Of a DNA stretch of 64,000 bases, positions 49,866 to 60,281 are shown piece after piece (positions within the stretch are counted from its first letter, which is position 1; each line of letters begins with the position of its first letter). Location: contig JBEKMG010000009.1 of the NCBI GenBank assembly GCA_050008635.1, forward strand, positions 28,368-92,367, written 5' to 3'. The notes below the pieces were generated by a model. That model made no database searches and was not told where the DNA came from. It saw only the letters and a program-made list of their open reading frames with translations. Made by a program: the position numbers and the translations under genes. The stretch is from Rhizomicrobium sp. Lineage in GTDB: Bacteria > Pseudomonadota > Alphaproteobacteria > Micropepsales > Micropepsaceae.

Positions 49866-50642
49866 CTATTCGCGCAAGCCATAGCCTATCGAAAACAACC
49901 GCCAGACGGTCACCGCCAGGATCGCGCACAGCGCCAGCGTGAGGGCCGCGCCGAAGGCTTCCGATCCTTCGCTGAAGCCGATCATCGCGTGGCGCAGCCC
50001 GTTTATGAAATAAAAGAAAGGATTTCCATAGGCGAGCCAGCGCAGCCAGGGCGGCAGCATGTTCACGGTGTTGAAGACGCCGCCGACGAAGGACAGCGGC
50101 GCGATGAAAAAGACGTTGAGCACGGTGAGCTGCTCGAAATTCTTCGCCCACAGGCCGACGATGATGCCCAGAAGACCGAAGATCGTCGATACGGCGATCA
50201 CCCAGAACAGGAACTCCCAGATATTGTGGATCGTGGTCACGCCGAAAGCGGCGGCGATGACGAGGATGCCCAGCGCGGTCGCCACCGAACGCAGGATCAC
50301 CACCGTCAGCGAACCCGCGATCATCTCCGCATAGGACAGCGGAGAAACTAGGGTTTCCTCGATGTAGCGCTGGAAACGCTGGAAATAGATCTGCGAGGTG
50401 GACTGCAGGAAGGCGGCGTTGATGACGTTCATCATCAGAATGCCAGGCAGCACGAACTCCAAATAGCGGTGACCGCCGATCGTGGCGATGCGCGGGCCGA
50501 CGACGAAACCGAAAATGAAAATGAACAGCAGCGCGGAAATCCACGGCGCCAGGAAGACCTGGATCGGCACGCGCAGGAGGCGCGCCATCTCCCGGCGGAT
50601 AATCGTCCAAAGACCGATCCAGTTGACCGTCATCGGAATCAT
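49866..50642 (-). CDS. ABC-2 type transporter permease (YadH-like)
   Basis: Six TM segments, YLEFVLPGILMM and NPFFYFINGLR. Confidence 0.9.
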   Translation of the reverse strand: MIPMTVNWIGLWTIIRREMARLLRVPIQVFLAPWISALLFIFIFGFVVGPRIATIGGHRYLEFVLPGILMMNVINAAFLQSTSQIYFQRFQRYIEETLVSPLSYAEMIAGSLTVVILRSVATALGILVIAAAFGVTTIHNIWEFLFWVIAVSTIFGLLGIIVGLWAKNFEQLTVLNVFFIAPLSFVGGVFNTVNMLPPWLRWLAYGNPFFYFINGLRHAMIGFSEGSEAFGAALTLALCAILAVTVWRLFSIGYGLRE

Positions 50643-51385
50643 GCGGCCCCCGCGATGTGTTCAGGTTCGGCCCCGGTGGCGGCGAGATAAGCGGATTCCA
50701 GCCCCTCGCCCGTCAGGAATTCCGCTTTCGGGCCGTTGCGCACGATCTTGCCCCTGCTGATGATGGCGATGTTGCGGCACAGCCGTTCCACCTCTTCCAG
50801 GTAATGCGAGGTCAAGAGGATCGTGGTTCCGTCGCGGTTGAGTTCCTGCAGATAGCGCCACAGGTCGCGGCGCAGCTCCACGTCCACGCCGGCCGTCGGC
50901 TCGTCGAGAATCAGCAGTTTGGGATCGTGGATCAAGGCGCGGGCCAGAATCACCCGCCGCTTGAGGCCGCCCGACAATTCGCGAAATTGCTTCTTCTGAT
51001 GCTCGACGAGGTCGAAGCGCTCCATCAACTCGTCGGTGCGGCGCTTGCGCCGGGCGGCGTGCAGGCCGAAATAACCGCCCATCCATTCCACGATCTGGCG
51101 CGGCGTGGCGAACGGATCGACATTGTACTCCTGCGGCGACAAGCCGATCAGCCGGCGCGCCTCGCGATAGTCCTTCACGGCGTCGATGCCGAAGATTTCG
51201 ATGGTGCCCGATGTCGGGGTGGCGATGCCGGTGACGCAATGGATGGTCGTGGATTTGCCGGCGCCGTTGGGCCCCAGAAAGCCGAAGAAATCACCCGGCT
51301 CGATGGTCATGGACAGGTCGTCCACCGCGAGCGTGCCGCGGCGATATACCTTACGCAGATGAGAGATGGAGAGGGCTGGAGTCAT
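50639..51385 (-). CDS. ABC transporter ATP-binding protein (YadG-like)
   Basis: GPNGAGKST, LSGGLKRR, LDEPT and TSHY. Confidence 0.93.
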   Translation of the reverse strand: MTPALSISHLRKVYRRGTLAVDDLSMTIEPGDFFGFLGPNGAGKSTTIHCVTGIATPTSGTIEIFGIDAVKDYREARRLIGLSPQEYNVDPFATPRQIVEWMGGYFGLHAARRKRRTDELMERFDLVEHQKKQFRELSGGLKRRVILARALIHDPKLLILDEPTAGVDVELRRDLWRYLQELNRDGTTILLTSHYLEEVERLCRNIAIISRGKIVRNGPKAEFLTGEGLESAYLAATGAEPEHIAGAA

Positions 51386-51429
51386 GGGCCGCAGGGAGTA
51401 TCATGGCTACGCAGTATTTGGAAACGGCC

Positions 51430-52413
51430 ATGCAAATTATACGCATCGGAATTCTTGGGGCGGCGCGCATAGCTCCCAAGGCGGTCATCGGGCCGGCACG
51501 AGACAATCCCGAATTCCAGGTCGTCGCGGTGGCCGCGCGGGACAAGGATCGCGCCAAGGCTTTCGCGGCCGAGAACGGCATCCCTTTTGTCGCGGACAGC
51601 TATTCCGCGTTGATCGCGCGCAACGACGTCGATCTTGTTTACGTAGCGTTACCGCCCGCCGGCCACGCGCTATGGTCCGTTGCAGCGGTGAAATCCGGCA
51701 AGGCCGTGCTGTGCGAAAAGCCGTTCGCCATGAACGCGGCCGAGGCGCGCACGATGGTTGCCGCCGCTGCGGACGCAAAGCAGCCGCTTGTGGAAGCCTT
51801 CCACAACCGCTTCCACAAGGTCATGCGGCGCGCCGTCGAGATCGCCGCGTCGGGGGAGTTGGGGCGGCTTGTCGAGGCCGAATCCGTGTTCGACGTGGAG
51901 ATTCCCTACACGCCGAAGGAGCTGCGCTGGATCCCGGCGCAGGGCGGCGGCGGGTTGATGGACCTTGGCTGTTATTGCGTCCATGCGCTGCGCACAATTG
52001 CAGGGAGTGAACCCAAGGTCACGAGCGCAGACTGCACCATCGTGCGCGGCGTGGACGAAAGCACGCGCGCGGAGCTTCTCTTTCCCAACGGCCTGCGCGC
52101 CAAGCTGCGCACCTCGATGAAAGCTCCGGCATTCAAGGCGACATTGCGGCTCAAGGGCGAGAAGGGGTCGATGGACATCTCCAATTTCCTTGCGCCGCAG
52201 ATGGGGTGCCGGTTCGCGGTGGAGGCCCAAGGCAAAACGCGCAGCGAGCCGACGGATGGGCCAGCGACCTATGACGCCCAACTCGCCCATGTCGGCGATG
52301 TGATGCTGCGCGGCGCCGTGCCGTTGACCGGCGGCGCCGATGCGATAGCGAATATGGCGTGCATCGACGCGATTTATGCAGCGGCGGGCTTCACGCGCGC
52401 GATTGAAGGCTAG
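51430..52413 (+). CDS. Gfo/Idh/MocA family oxidoreductase
   Basis: GILGAARIA, LCEKP, EAFH and GGGLMDLGCY. Confidence 0.92.
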   Translation: MQIIRIGILGAARIAPKAVIGPARDNPEFQVVAVAARDKDRAKAFAAENGIPFVADSYSALIARNDVDLVYVALPPAGHALWSVAAVKSGKAVLCEKPFAMNAAEARTMVAAAADAKQPLVEAFHNRFHKVMRRAVEIAASGELGRLVEAESVFDVEIPYTPKELRWIPAQGGGGLMDLGCYCVHALRTIAGSEPKVTSADCTIVRGVDESTRAELLFPNGLRAKLRTSMKAPAFKATLRLKGEKGSMDISNFLAPQMGCRFAVEAQGKTRSEPTDGPATYDAQLAHVGDVMLRGAVPLTGGADAIANMACIDAIYAAAGFTRAIEG

Positions 52414-52563
52414 CGGTCAGAATCTGACGGAATCACGACCCAGTTTGCGGGGCCGCTTTGCGCCGTCCATCGCGCGCGTCGGCCGATGGATCTCAGACGG
52501 ACTAGCAGACGCATGCCAATGTGGCTGCAAATGCCCGCAATTCGACCTTCTTTTGTTCCATCG

Positions 52564-52588
52564 GGAACCAAGGGGCTCTTCGCGCGTT
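52564..52588 (+). promoter_or_regulatory. EcfG/sigmaT-type (general stress) promoter motif
   Basis: GGAAC-N16-CGTT matches the established alphaproteobacterial EcfG consensus. Confidence 0.55.
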
Positions 52589-52617
52589 TCCTCTTTACGC
52601 AGGAGAAAGAGTTCAGG

Positions 52618-52860
52618 CAGGAGACAGCGATGAGCGATCTACGAGAATACGAGACGACCGGGGTGGAAACAGGAAGCTCCGGAAAGAGCGTCGGCACGCA
52701 GGAGACAACGACGAGCGGTCTGCGCGGATTCGAGACGCCTAAGGCGGAAACCGGAAACACCGGAAAGATCGTCGGCGCGCAGGAGACAACGATAGGAAAT
52801 ATGCGCGGATTCGAGCCGTCTGAGGGTGAATCGGGAAACACCGGAAAGATCGTCGGCGCA
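52618..52860 (+). repeat. Three tandem 81-bp imperfect repeats
   Basis: CAGGAGAC at 52618, 52699 and 52780 (period 81). Confidence 0.9.
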
Positions 52861-53310
52861 GCTCTCGTTGCGCTCATGATTGGCGCGGCAGGTGCTTACA
52901 CCTATGCGACGGGAATGTGGAATTCGCCGCCCAAGCAAGTCGTGGCATCCCTCGTGCCCCCGGCAACAAGCTTGCCGCCCAGTGAGGTGCCGATGCAGCA
53001 AACCGTCCTTCCGCCGCTTACACCGGTGGAGAACACTACCGAACAAGCTTCGCCGCCGGTCAGAGCCACGCGGACGCATGTTCTCGCGCATGCGTCGCCG
53101 CACTCTCCAACTGTGCAGCCGTCCGAGAATTTCTCCGAGCAAGCCGCGCCGGCGTCCGTACCGCCGGCCGTGATTGTTCCCGTACAACCCGCACTGCTGG
53201 ACACCAACATAGCGCCGCCCGCGATTGCGCCGTCACTGGATGCGCCGACGCAACCTGTGACCGAGCAACCGGCACAGACAGTGCCTGTGCAACCAGCGCC
53301 CCAGCCGTAA
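52630..53310 (+). CDS. Single-pass membrane protein with N-terminal 27-aa repeats and a Pro-rich tail
   Basis: ATG after an AGGAG SD; TM segment IVGAALVALMIGAAGAYTYA; P/Q/T-rich C-terminus. Confidence 0.7.
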   Translation: MSDLREYETTGVETGSSGKSVGTQETTTSGLRGFETPKAETGNTGKIVGAQETTIGNMRGFEPSEGESGNTGKIVGAALVALMIGAAGAYTYATGMWNSPPKQVVASLVPPATSLPPSEVPMQQTVLPPLTPVENTTEQASPPVRATRTHVLAHASPHSPTVQPSENFSEQAAPASVPPAVIVPVQPALLDTNIAPPAIAPSLDAPTQPVTEQPAQTVPVQPAPQP

Positions 53311-53381
53311 TCGGGTAGTTGCCATCGATCTACGCCGCGGCGAATCTGCGCCGCGGCGATTTTCATGCGCGCGATTGAAAC

Positions 53382-53912
53382 CTAGCGGCCCTTCGTGCGC
53401 ATCATCGGCGCGCCCCATTTGTGCGGCGGGGGAATTTCGGGCGCTCGTCCGGGCGCGACCGGCCGACCCGGATAACCGCCGAGGCTGATCAGCCGGTCGT
53501 AGAGCACGATGGCGCCCGCCATGCCGACATTGATCGAAAAGCGCGTCGGGATTTTCACGACGAACTCGCAGCGCTTGAGCATGGCGTCCGACAGCGACGT
53601 GCGCTCTCCGCCGAAGACATAGGCCGCGCGCGGCGGATGACGGAAGCGCGGCAGCTCGGTCGCGTCCTCGGTGATCTCCACCCCCACCAGCCGGCAGCCG
53701 ATAGGCAGGCGGAACTCTTCCACAGTGCGGAACTTATAGACCGGCAGGTCGCCTTGCGCGCGCGAGGTGTCGGATTGGGCATCCGACAGCTTCAGCTGGG
53801 CGTTGACGGTGAAGAAGAAACTTGCGTCGAACGCATGAGCGATGCGCAGGAGATTGCCGAGGTTCATCGGCTTGGAGATGCCGTCCACGCCCGCCGCGAA
53901 ATAGCCGCGCAT
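53382..53912 (-). CDS. SpoU/TrmH family RNA methyltransferase
   Basis: NLGNLLR.AHAF, YVFGGE and SINVGMAGAIVLYDR. Confidence 0.88.
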   Translation of the reverse strand: MRGYFAAGVDGISKPMNLGNLLRIAHAFDASFFFTVNAQLKLSDAQSDTSRAQGDLPVYKFRTVEEFRLPIGCRLVGVEITEDATELPRFRHPPRAAYVFGGERTSLSDAMLKRCEFVVKIPTRFSINVGMAGAIVLYDRLISLGGYPGRPVAPGRAPEIPPPHKWGAPMMRTKGR

Positions 53913-53954
53913 GTCGCCTCCGGTTGCGCTATGTAGCGTTCATAGCCCTCGGAG

Positions 53955-54950
53955 ATGTTCTTGGCCAATCCCATCCTCGTCGAAATCACGCGTGGGTCGC
54001 TGGTGGAAAGCATCCACCGCGGGTCCATCGCCATTGCCGATGCCGAGGGCGCGATCCGATTCGCGCTGGGCGACATCGAGACGCCGATCTATCCGCGCTC
54101 CTCGCTCAAGCCCATCCAGGCGCTGGCGCTGGTCGAATCGGGGGCGGCGGAAGCGTTCGGGCTGAGCGATGAGGAAGTAGCGCTGGCCTGCGCCTCCCAT
54201 TCCGGCGAGCCGATACATACGGAGCGCATCGCGGCTTGGCTGGCGCGTATCGGCTGTAGCGAGAGCGATCTGGCCTGCGGACCCCAGCCCCCGCGCCATG
54301 AACCTACTTTAGAGGACATGGTAAGACGCGGCGATAAGCCTACGAGAATCCACAACAATTGCTCCGGCAAGCATACCGGATTCCTGACCGTAGCGCGGCA
54401 CTGGAACGTAGCGACCGCCGGTTACGAGCGCGTCGATCATCCCGTCCAGCAGGCGGTTGCCAAGGCGCTGCGCGATCTGTCCGGTGTCAATGAACTGCCT
54501 TGGGGCGTCGACGGCTGCGCCGCGCCGAACTTCGCCCTGCCGCTCGGCGGCTTTGCGCGCGCGCTGGCGAAGCTGGCGGGTGGACGGACGCCGGGGGCGG
54601 CCCGCATCCTTCGTTGCATGATCGCCCATCCCGAACTCGTCGGCGGAACCGGGCGTGCCTGCACGGTGCTGATGCGCGCCGCGGCCGGCCGCGCAGTGGT
54701 GAAGATCGGCGCCGAGGGCGTCTATGCCGGGATCGTCCCAGAGCGCGAACTGGGCATCGCACTCAAGATCGACGACGGCGCGCCGCGCGCTGCCGAGACC
54801 GCCATCGCCGCGATCCTCGACAAGCTTGGCGTGCTCGGCGACGGCGCGCGCGAATTTCTACGCGCGCCCGTCGTCAACACGCGCGGTGCGACCGTCGGCG
54901 AACGCCGGCCGGCACCGGCGCTTTCGGGGGCCGATCTTGCCGGACTTTAG
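53955..54950 (+). CDS. L-asparaginase II (rhizobial type)
   Basis: RSSLKPIQA, ASHSGE, NNCSGKH and KIGAEGV. Confidence 0.9.
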   Translation: MFLANPILVEITRGSLVESIHRGSIAIADAEGAIRFALGDIETPIYPRSSLKPIQALALVESGAAEAFGLSDEEVALACASHSGEPIHTERIAAWLARIGCSESDLACGPQPPRHEPTLEDMVRRGDKPTRIHNNCSGKHTGFLTVARHWNVATAGYERVDHPVQQAVAKALRDLSGVNELPWGVDGCAAPNFALPLGGFARALAKLAGGRTPGAARILRCMIAHPELVGGTGRACTVLMRAAAGRAVVKIGAEGVYAGIVPERELGIALKIDDGAPRAAETAIAAILDKLGVLGDGAREFLRAPVVNTRGATVGERRPAPALSGADLAGL

Positions 54951-55342
54951 GGCGCGGGTTGGTTTTTCTTGGCGTCAAGCGCCGCCTGGTAGGCCTTCTC
55001 CATGTCCGGCGTATAGCGCTCGATCTTGGTGACCCAGCAGCTATCGCCGCCCATCATTCCGGATCCGCGCATGACGATCTTGTCGCCGCGTTCCACGCAC
55101 GAATCCCCCCCGCCACCGGGCGAACGGATTCCGACGGCCATGCTGTAATCGAGGTCCGCGCAATAGCCCGCCAAACCGAGCAGGTATTTGCGTCCGAACC
55201 TGTCGTTGACCACCAGCGAATGGTCGCCGTGCGTGCCCCATCCGTCGACATAGCGTTGCATCAAGCAAGCATCGTCGGCGGCGAACGCAGGCGCGGCCGC
55301 CGCCGCAAGAAACAGTGTCGCTGCGAAAAGTACGGTCTTCAT
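54947..55342 (-). CDS. Exported hypothetical protein with four Cys
   Basis: Signal peptide (…APAFA); C…C…C…C pattern; GGAG SD. Confidence 0.65.
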   Translation of the reverse strand: MKTVLFAATLFLAAAAAPAFAADDACLMQRYVDGWGTHGDHSLVVNDRFGRKYLLGLAGYCADLDYSMAVGIRSPGGGGDSCVERGDKIVMRGSGMMGGDSCWVTKIERYTPDMEKAYQAALDAKKNQPAP

Positions 55343-55598
55343 GGCTCCCAATCCTTCTTGCACGTGGGCGCCCCTCTCCCATTCAGCATACAACGAATGC
55401 CGCGCTGTTTCGATCACTTTCAGGGCGCGGGCGTCACACCGTCTGCCGCCTTGGCGCAGCCGCGCGTTGTTCGCAAACTTGCCGTTACGTCGGGAAGACT
55501 TCATGATAACCCGCCCTTCGCGCCAGGGGGATCGGCGCGAGCCTTGCACTTCGCAAGTCGTCCACCCATTTTGACAAAAAAGGCATCAGGAGCGCCCC

Positions 55599-55859
55599 AT
55601 GTCCATTCTCGGCTGGATCTTTTTCGGACTGATCACCGGCTTCATCGCCAGCAAGATCGTCAACGCCCGCGGCGAAGGCTGCTTCCTCAACATCGCGCTG
55701 GGCGTCGCCGGCGCGGTGCTGGGCGGCGCGATCTTCGCCTTCCTCGGCGAACCGGTGTTCTTCCATTTCAGCCTGTGGTCGATGTTCGTGGCCGTGCTGG
55801 GCGCGGTGATCGTGCTTTACATCTGGCACGCCGTGACGGGACGCACGACGCTCAAATAG
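55599..55859 (+). CDS. GlsB/YeaQ/YmgE family membrane protein
   Basis: MSILGWI.FGLI.G.IA…G…NI.LG..GA..GG pattern. Confidence 0.9.
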   Translation: MSILGWIFFGLITGFIASKIVNARGEGCFLNIALGVAGAVLGGAIFAFLGEPVFFHFSLWSMFVAVLGAVIVLYIWHAVTGRTTLK

Positions 55860-55873
55860 GTTCTGGGGGGACC

Positions 55874-56215
55874 GTGAAGCACGATTTCGCCCGCCAGCTC
55901 CGCCGCGATCAAACCGATGTCGAACGCAAGCTTTGGTTCGCGCTGCGCGACCGCCGTTTCCACGGCTTCAAATTCCGGCGCCAACAACCCATCGGACCTT
56001 ATGTTGCCGATTTCATATGCTTCGAAGCCAAGCTCGTCATCGAACTCGACGGCGGCCAACACGGTCTCGCCGAGAATGAAGCCGCAGACCGCGCCCGCAC
56101 CAAACGCCTCGAAGCAGACGGCTTCCGCGTCCTGCGCTTCTGGAACAACGAATTGAATGACAATTTCGACGGCGTCCTCGATAGCATCTCATTGGCGCTT
56201 GGATTGCCGATTTAG
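55874..56215 (+). CDS. DUF559 (Vsr-like PD-(D/E)XK) endonuclease domain protein
   Basis: ARQLRR.QTD.ER.LW, FRRQ.PIGPY.ADF, IELDGGQH, D..R…L…GFRVLRFWN; GTG start. Confidence 0.9.
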   Translation: MKHDFARQLRRDQTDVERKLWFALRDRRFHGFKFRRQQPIGPYVADFICFEAKLVIELDGGQHGLAENEAADRARTKRLEADGFRVLRFWNNELNDNFDGVLDSISLALGLPI

Positions 56216-56224
56216 CGCCTCTTT

Positions 56225-56350
56225 CCTTCTTCCCTTGTGGGAGAAGGTGGCGAGCGAAGCGAGCCGGATGAGGGGTTCGTTCCATACCCCTCACCCTCGA
56301 AGCGCTCGCAAACGCGCGCTTTCTCTGCTCTCTCCCACAAGGGGAGAGGG
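56225..56350. repeat. Complete REP/RIME-like doublet
   Basis: CCTTCTTCCCTTGTGGGAGAAGG…GATGAGGGG spacer CCCCTCACC…CTCTCCCACAAGGGGAGAGGG. Confidence 0.85.
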
Positions 56351-56351
56351 C

Positions 56352-58240
<1,889 letters not shown>

Positions 58241-58415
58241 TCTTTATGGGATACAAGCGCCCCTGGGATAAGACGATCATCCGCCGAAGGCCGTCGGTGT
58301 CAAGTCGCCACTTGAGCCGGTTGGTGTAACAATAAACCGGCATAGCAACTAGCTCCGACGCGAGGCGACCGGCAGCCGCCACGCGCCACCTAACGCGGCA
58401 ATCTGGCAGCGCCGG

Positions 58416-58787
58416 CTAATGCGAGATTAGCGCGCCGTTGTCGCAGGTCGCATACATGGGCTGATAGCAGCCGCCTTTTCCCTTCGGGCCAGGCGCGCAG
58501 AACGACATGTCGGTCGTGCACATCATGCCGTTCGTGCAACGGACGTGGGCGATGTCGTAACATCCTCCGGCGCCCCACCCGCCAGGCGCGCAGGCTGACA
58601 TGCCCGTACTGCAGACCATGCCGTTCGTGCAATTGGCATAGCCCGGCGTGTAGCAGCCGCCTTTGCCCCACGCGCCGGAACTGCACACTGACATGCCGCT
58701 CGGGCACGTCTGGCCAGACTGAGATAGTGCCGGCGCGGCTAAGAACGCAACTGCCGCTATTGCTGCCATTAGTTTGATGAAATGCAT
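58416..58787 (-). CDS. Secreted Cys/Gly-rich protein with three 31-aa repeats
   Basis: GGAGG SD, signal peptide, then three copies of C..(G/D)MS.C..G..G.GGCY……C.NG.. Confidence 0.8.
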   Translation of the reverse strand: MHFIKLMAAIAAVAFLAAPALSQSGQTCPSGMSVCSSGAWGKGGCYTPGYANCTNGMVCSTGMSACAPGGWGAGGCYDIAHVRCTNGMMCTTDMSFCAPGPKGKGGCYQPMYATCDNGALISH

Positions 58788-58870
58788 TGGAGCCTCCACC
58801 CTAGTCCAAAGGAAGAAGGTTCCATGCTCGCCGTGCTCGATTCATTGACTTGCATCAACATTCACGGGCG

Positions 58871-59617
58871 TCACGACTGCGCGAATTGCTTGAACTCCGC
58901 GATCACGGCGCTGACCGCCGCGGCGACGAGCTTTTCGCCCGCTTCGGGATTGGCTTGCGACGGATCGGAGCCGATGCGCCCGTCGGGAAAGCGGCGGCGG
59001 TAATCCTTGGCGTCGGTGATCGGTCCGGTCGGCGCGATCTTCGGCGACATCGCCACGCGCTTGATCGCTTCGGGATAAGCGAACCAGGTGACGGAGACTT
59101 CGCTGGGCGTAGCGTGGTTGCCCTCGCCCTCCGGGAAAAGCTGTTTGCACAGATCCGTCACACCGGAAAGCTCCCACCAGTTGCGCAGCAGGCAGCGCAG
59201 CGGCGGCCGGCCCGATATTTCCGTGCCGAAGGTCACGCCGTGATGCATCGCCGAAAACGCCGCATCGATGGTGGCGATGTTGCCGCCGTGGCCGTTCAGC
59301 CAATAGATGCGCTCGAAACCGTGGCGCGCCAGCGATTGCGCCCAGTCGGTCATCGCCGCGATCATGGTGGAGGGGCGCAAAGTCATCGTTCCGGGAAAGC
59401 TCATGTGATGCTGCGATTGGCCCACATTGAATGTCGGGCCGATCAGGATGCCCGCCTCGTCGCCCGCGCGCCGCGCGATGATCTCCGCGCACAAGGCATC
59501 GGTGCCGAGCAGGCCGTTCGGCCCATGCTGCTCGGTCGAGCCGATGGGAATGAGAATGGCCTTGGATGACGCCAGGTAAGCTTCGATTTCGGGCCAGGAA
59601 GAGAGATGCAGTTGCAT
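58871..59617 (-). CDS. Creatininase/amide hydrolase family protein
   Basis: PIGSTEQHGP, GTD, NGHGGN and HA..SE.S motifs. Confidence 0.88.
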   Translation of the reverse strand: MQLHLSSWPEIEAYLASSKAILIPIGSTEQHGPNGLLGTDALCAEIIARRAGDEAGILIGPTFNVGQSQHHMSFPGTMTLRPSTMIAAMTDWAQSLARHGFERIYWLNGHGGNIATIDAAFSAMHHGVTFGTEISGRPPLRCLLRNWWELSGVTDLCKQLFPEGEGNHATPSEVSVTWFAYPEAIKRVAMSPKIAPTGPITDAKDYRRRFPDGRIGSDPSQANPEAGEKLVAAAVSAVIAEFKQFAQS

Positions 59618-60174
59618 CACTTGCCCATTAAGGATTCGAGTCTTGCGAGCGCTCTCTTCCACGCCGCGCGTTCGCGTTCGACGTCGGACTTCTTCGCCAG
59701 CTTACCCACCTGGACCGCGATCTGCGCCTTGCCGCCAGGCTTCGAAGTGAAGTTGATCTCGAGCCGCGCGTTGTCGTTCCAGCTTGCGCGGAAGTATTTG
59801 TTGTCGGTCAGCGACGAAATCTTCAACGCGCCTGCCGGAAACCATTTCCTGCGCCGGTTGGCCTCGACCGTGGCGGCGTAAAGCGCGGCGACATTGCCCG
59901 CCACGGTTTTCGACACGCCGACCGAAAACCCGCCGGCGGCTTCGTGCTTGGCGCGCAGGCCCCGCGCGCGCTCGTATTCCACCGCCACCATCTGCTGCCA
60001 CCAGGGACCGACGCGGCGGGTCTCCGCCAGCAACTTCGCGATTCCCTTGTGATCGAGCTTGGACGCACCAGCCTTGTCGAGCGTCTCGAACCACTGGTCC
60101 CAGCTCTTTCCGGTTTTGGCGATGACGGCAAGGTCGGACATCGCCGGAGGCTGTGCGCGCACCTGTTTTGCCAT
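59617..60174 (-). CDS. Hypothetical protein (DUF4287-like N-terminal motif)
   Basis: KTGKSWDQWF..LD…H..IA..L…WWQQM..V.YE.ARG.R. Confidence 0.65.
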   Translation of the reverse strand: MAKQVRAQPPAMSDLAVIAKTGKSWDQWFETLDKAGASKLDHKGIAKLLAETRRVGPWWQQMVAVEYERARGLRAKHEAAGGFSVGVSKTVAGNVAALYAATVEANRRRKWFPAGALKISSLTDNKYFRASWNDNARLEINFTSKPGGKAQIAVQVGKLAKKSDVERERAAWKRALARLESLMGK

Positions 60175-60281
60175 TCTCGAATTTCCTTCCGCCGGACTGC
60201 TCATGGGCGTCTTGAAGCCTCGGCTCCGCTCCGCCACAATGGAGTTAGAATAAGAGAAAGTAACAACCCAAGGAAAGTGCC

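Noticed and set aside
52618-52860. CRISPR array
   Set aside because: Units are contiguous, in-frame coding repeats without unique spacers; no cas genes in the window.
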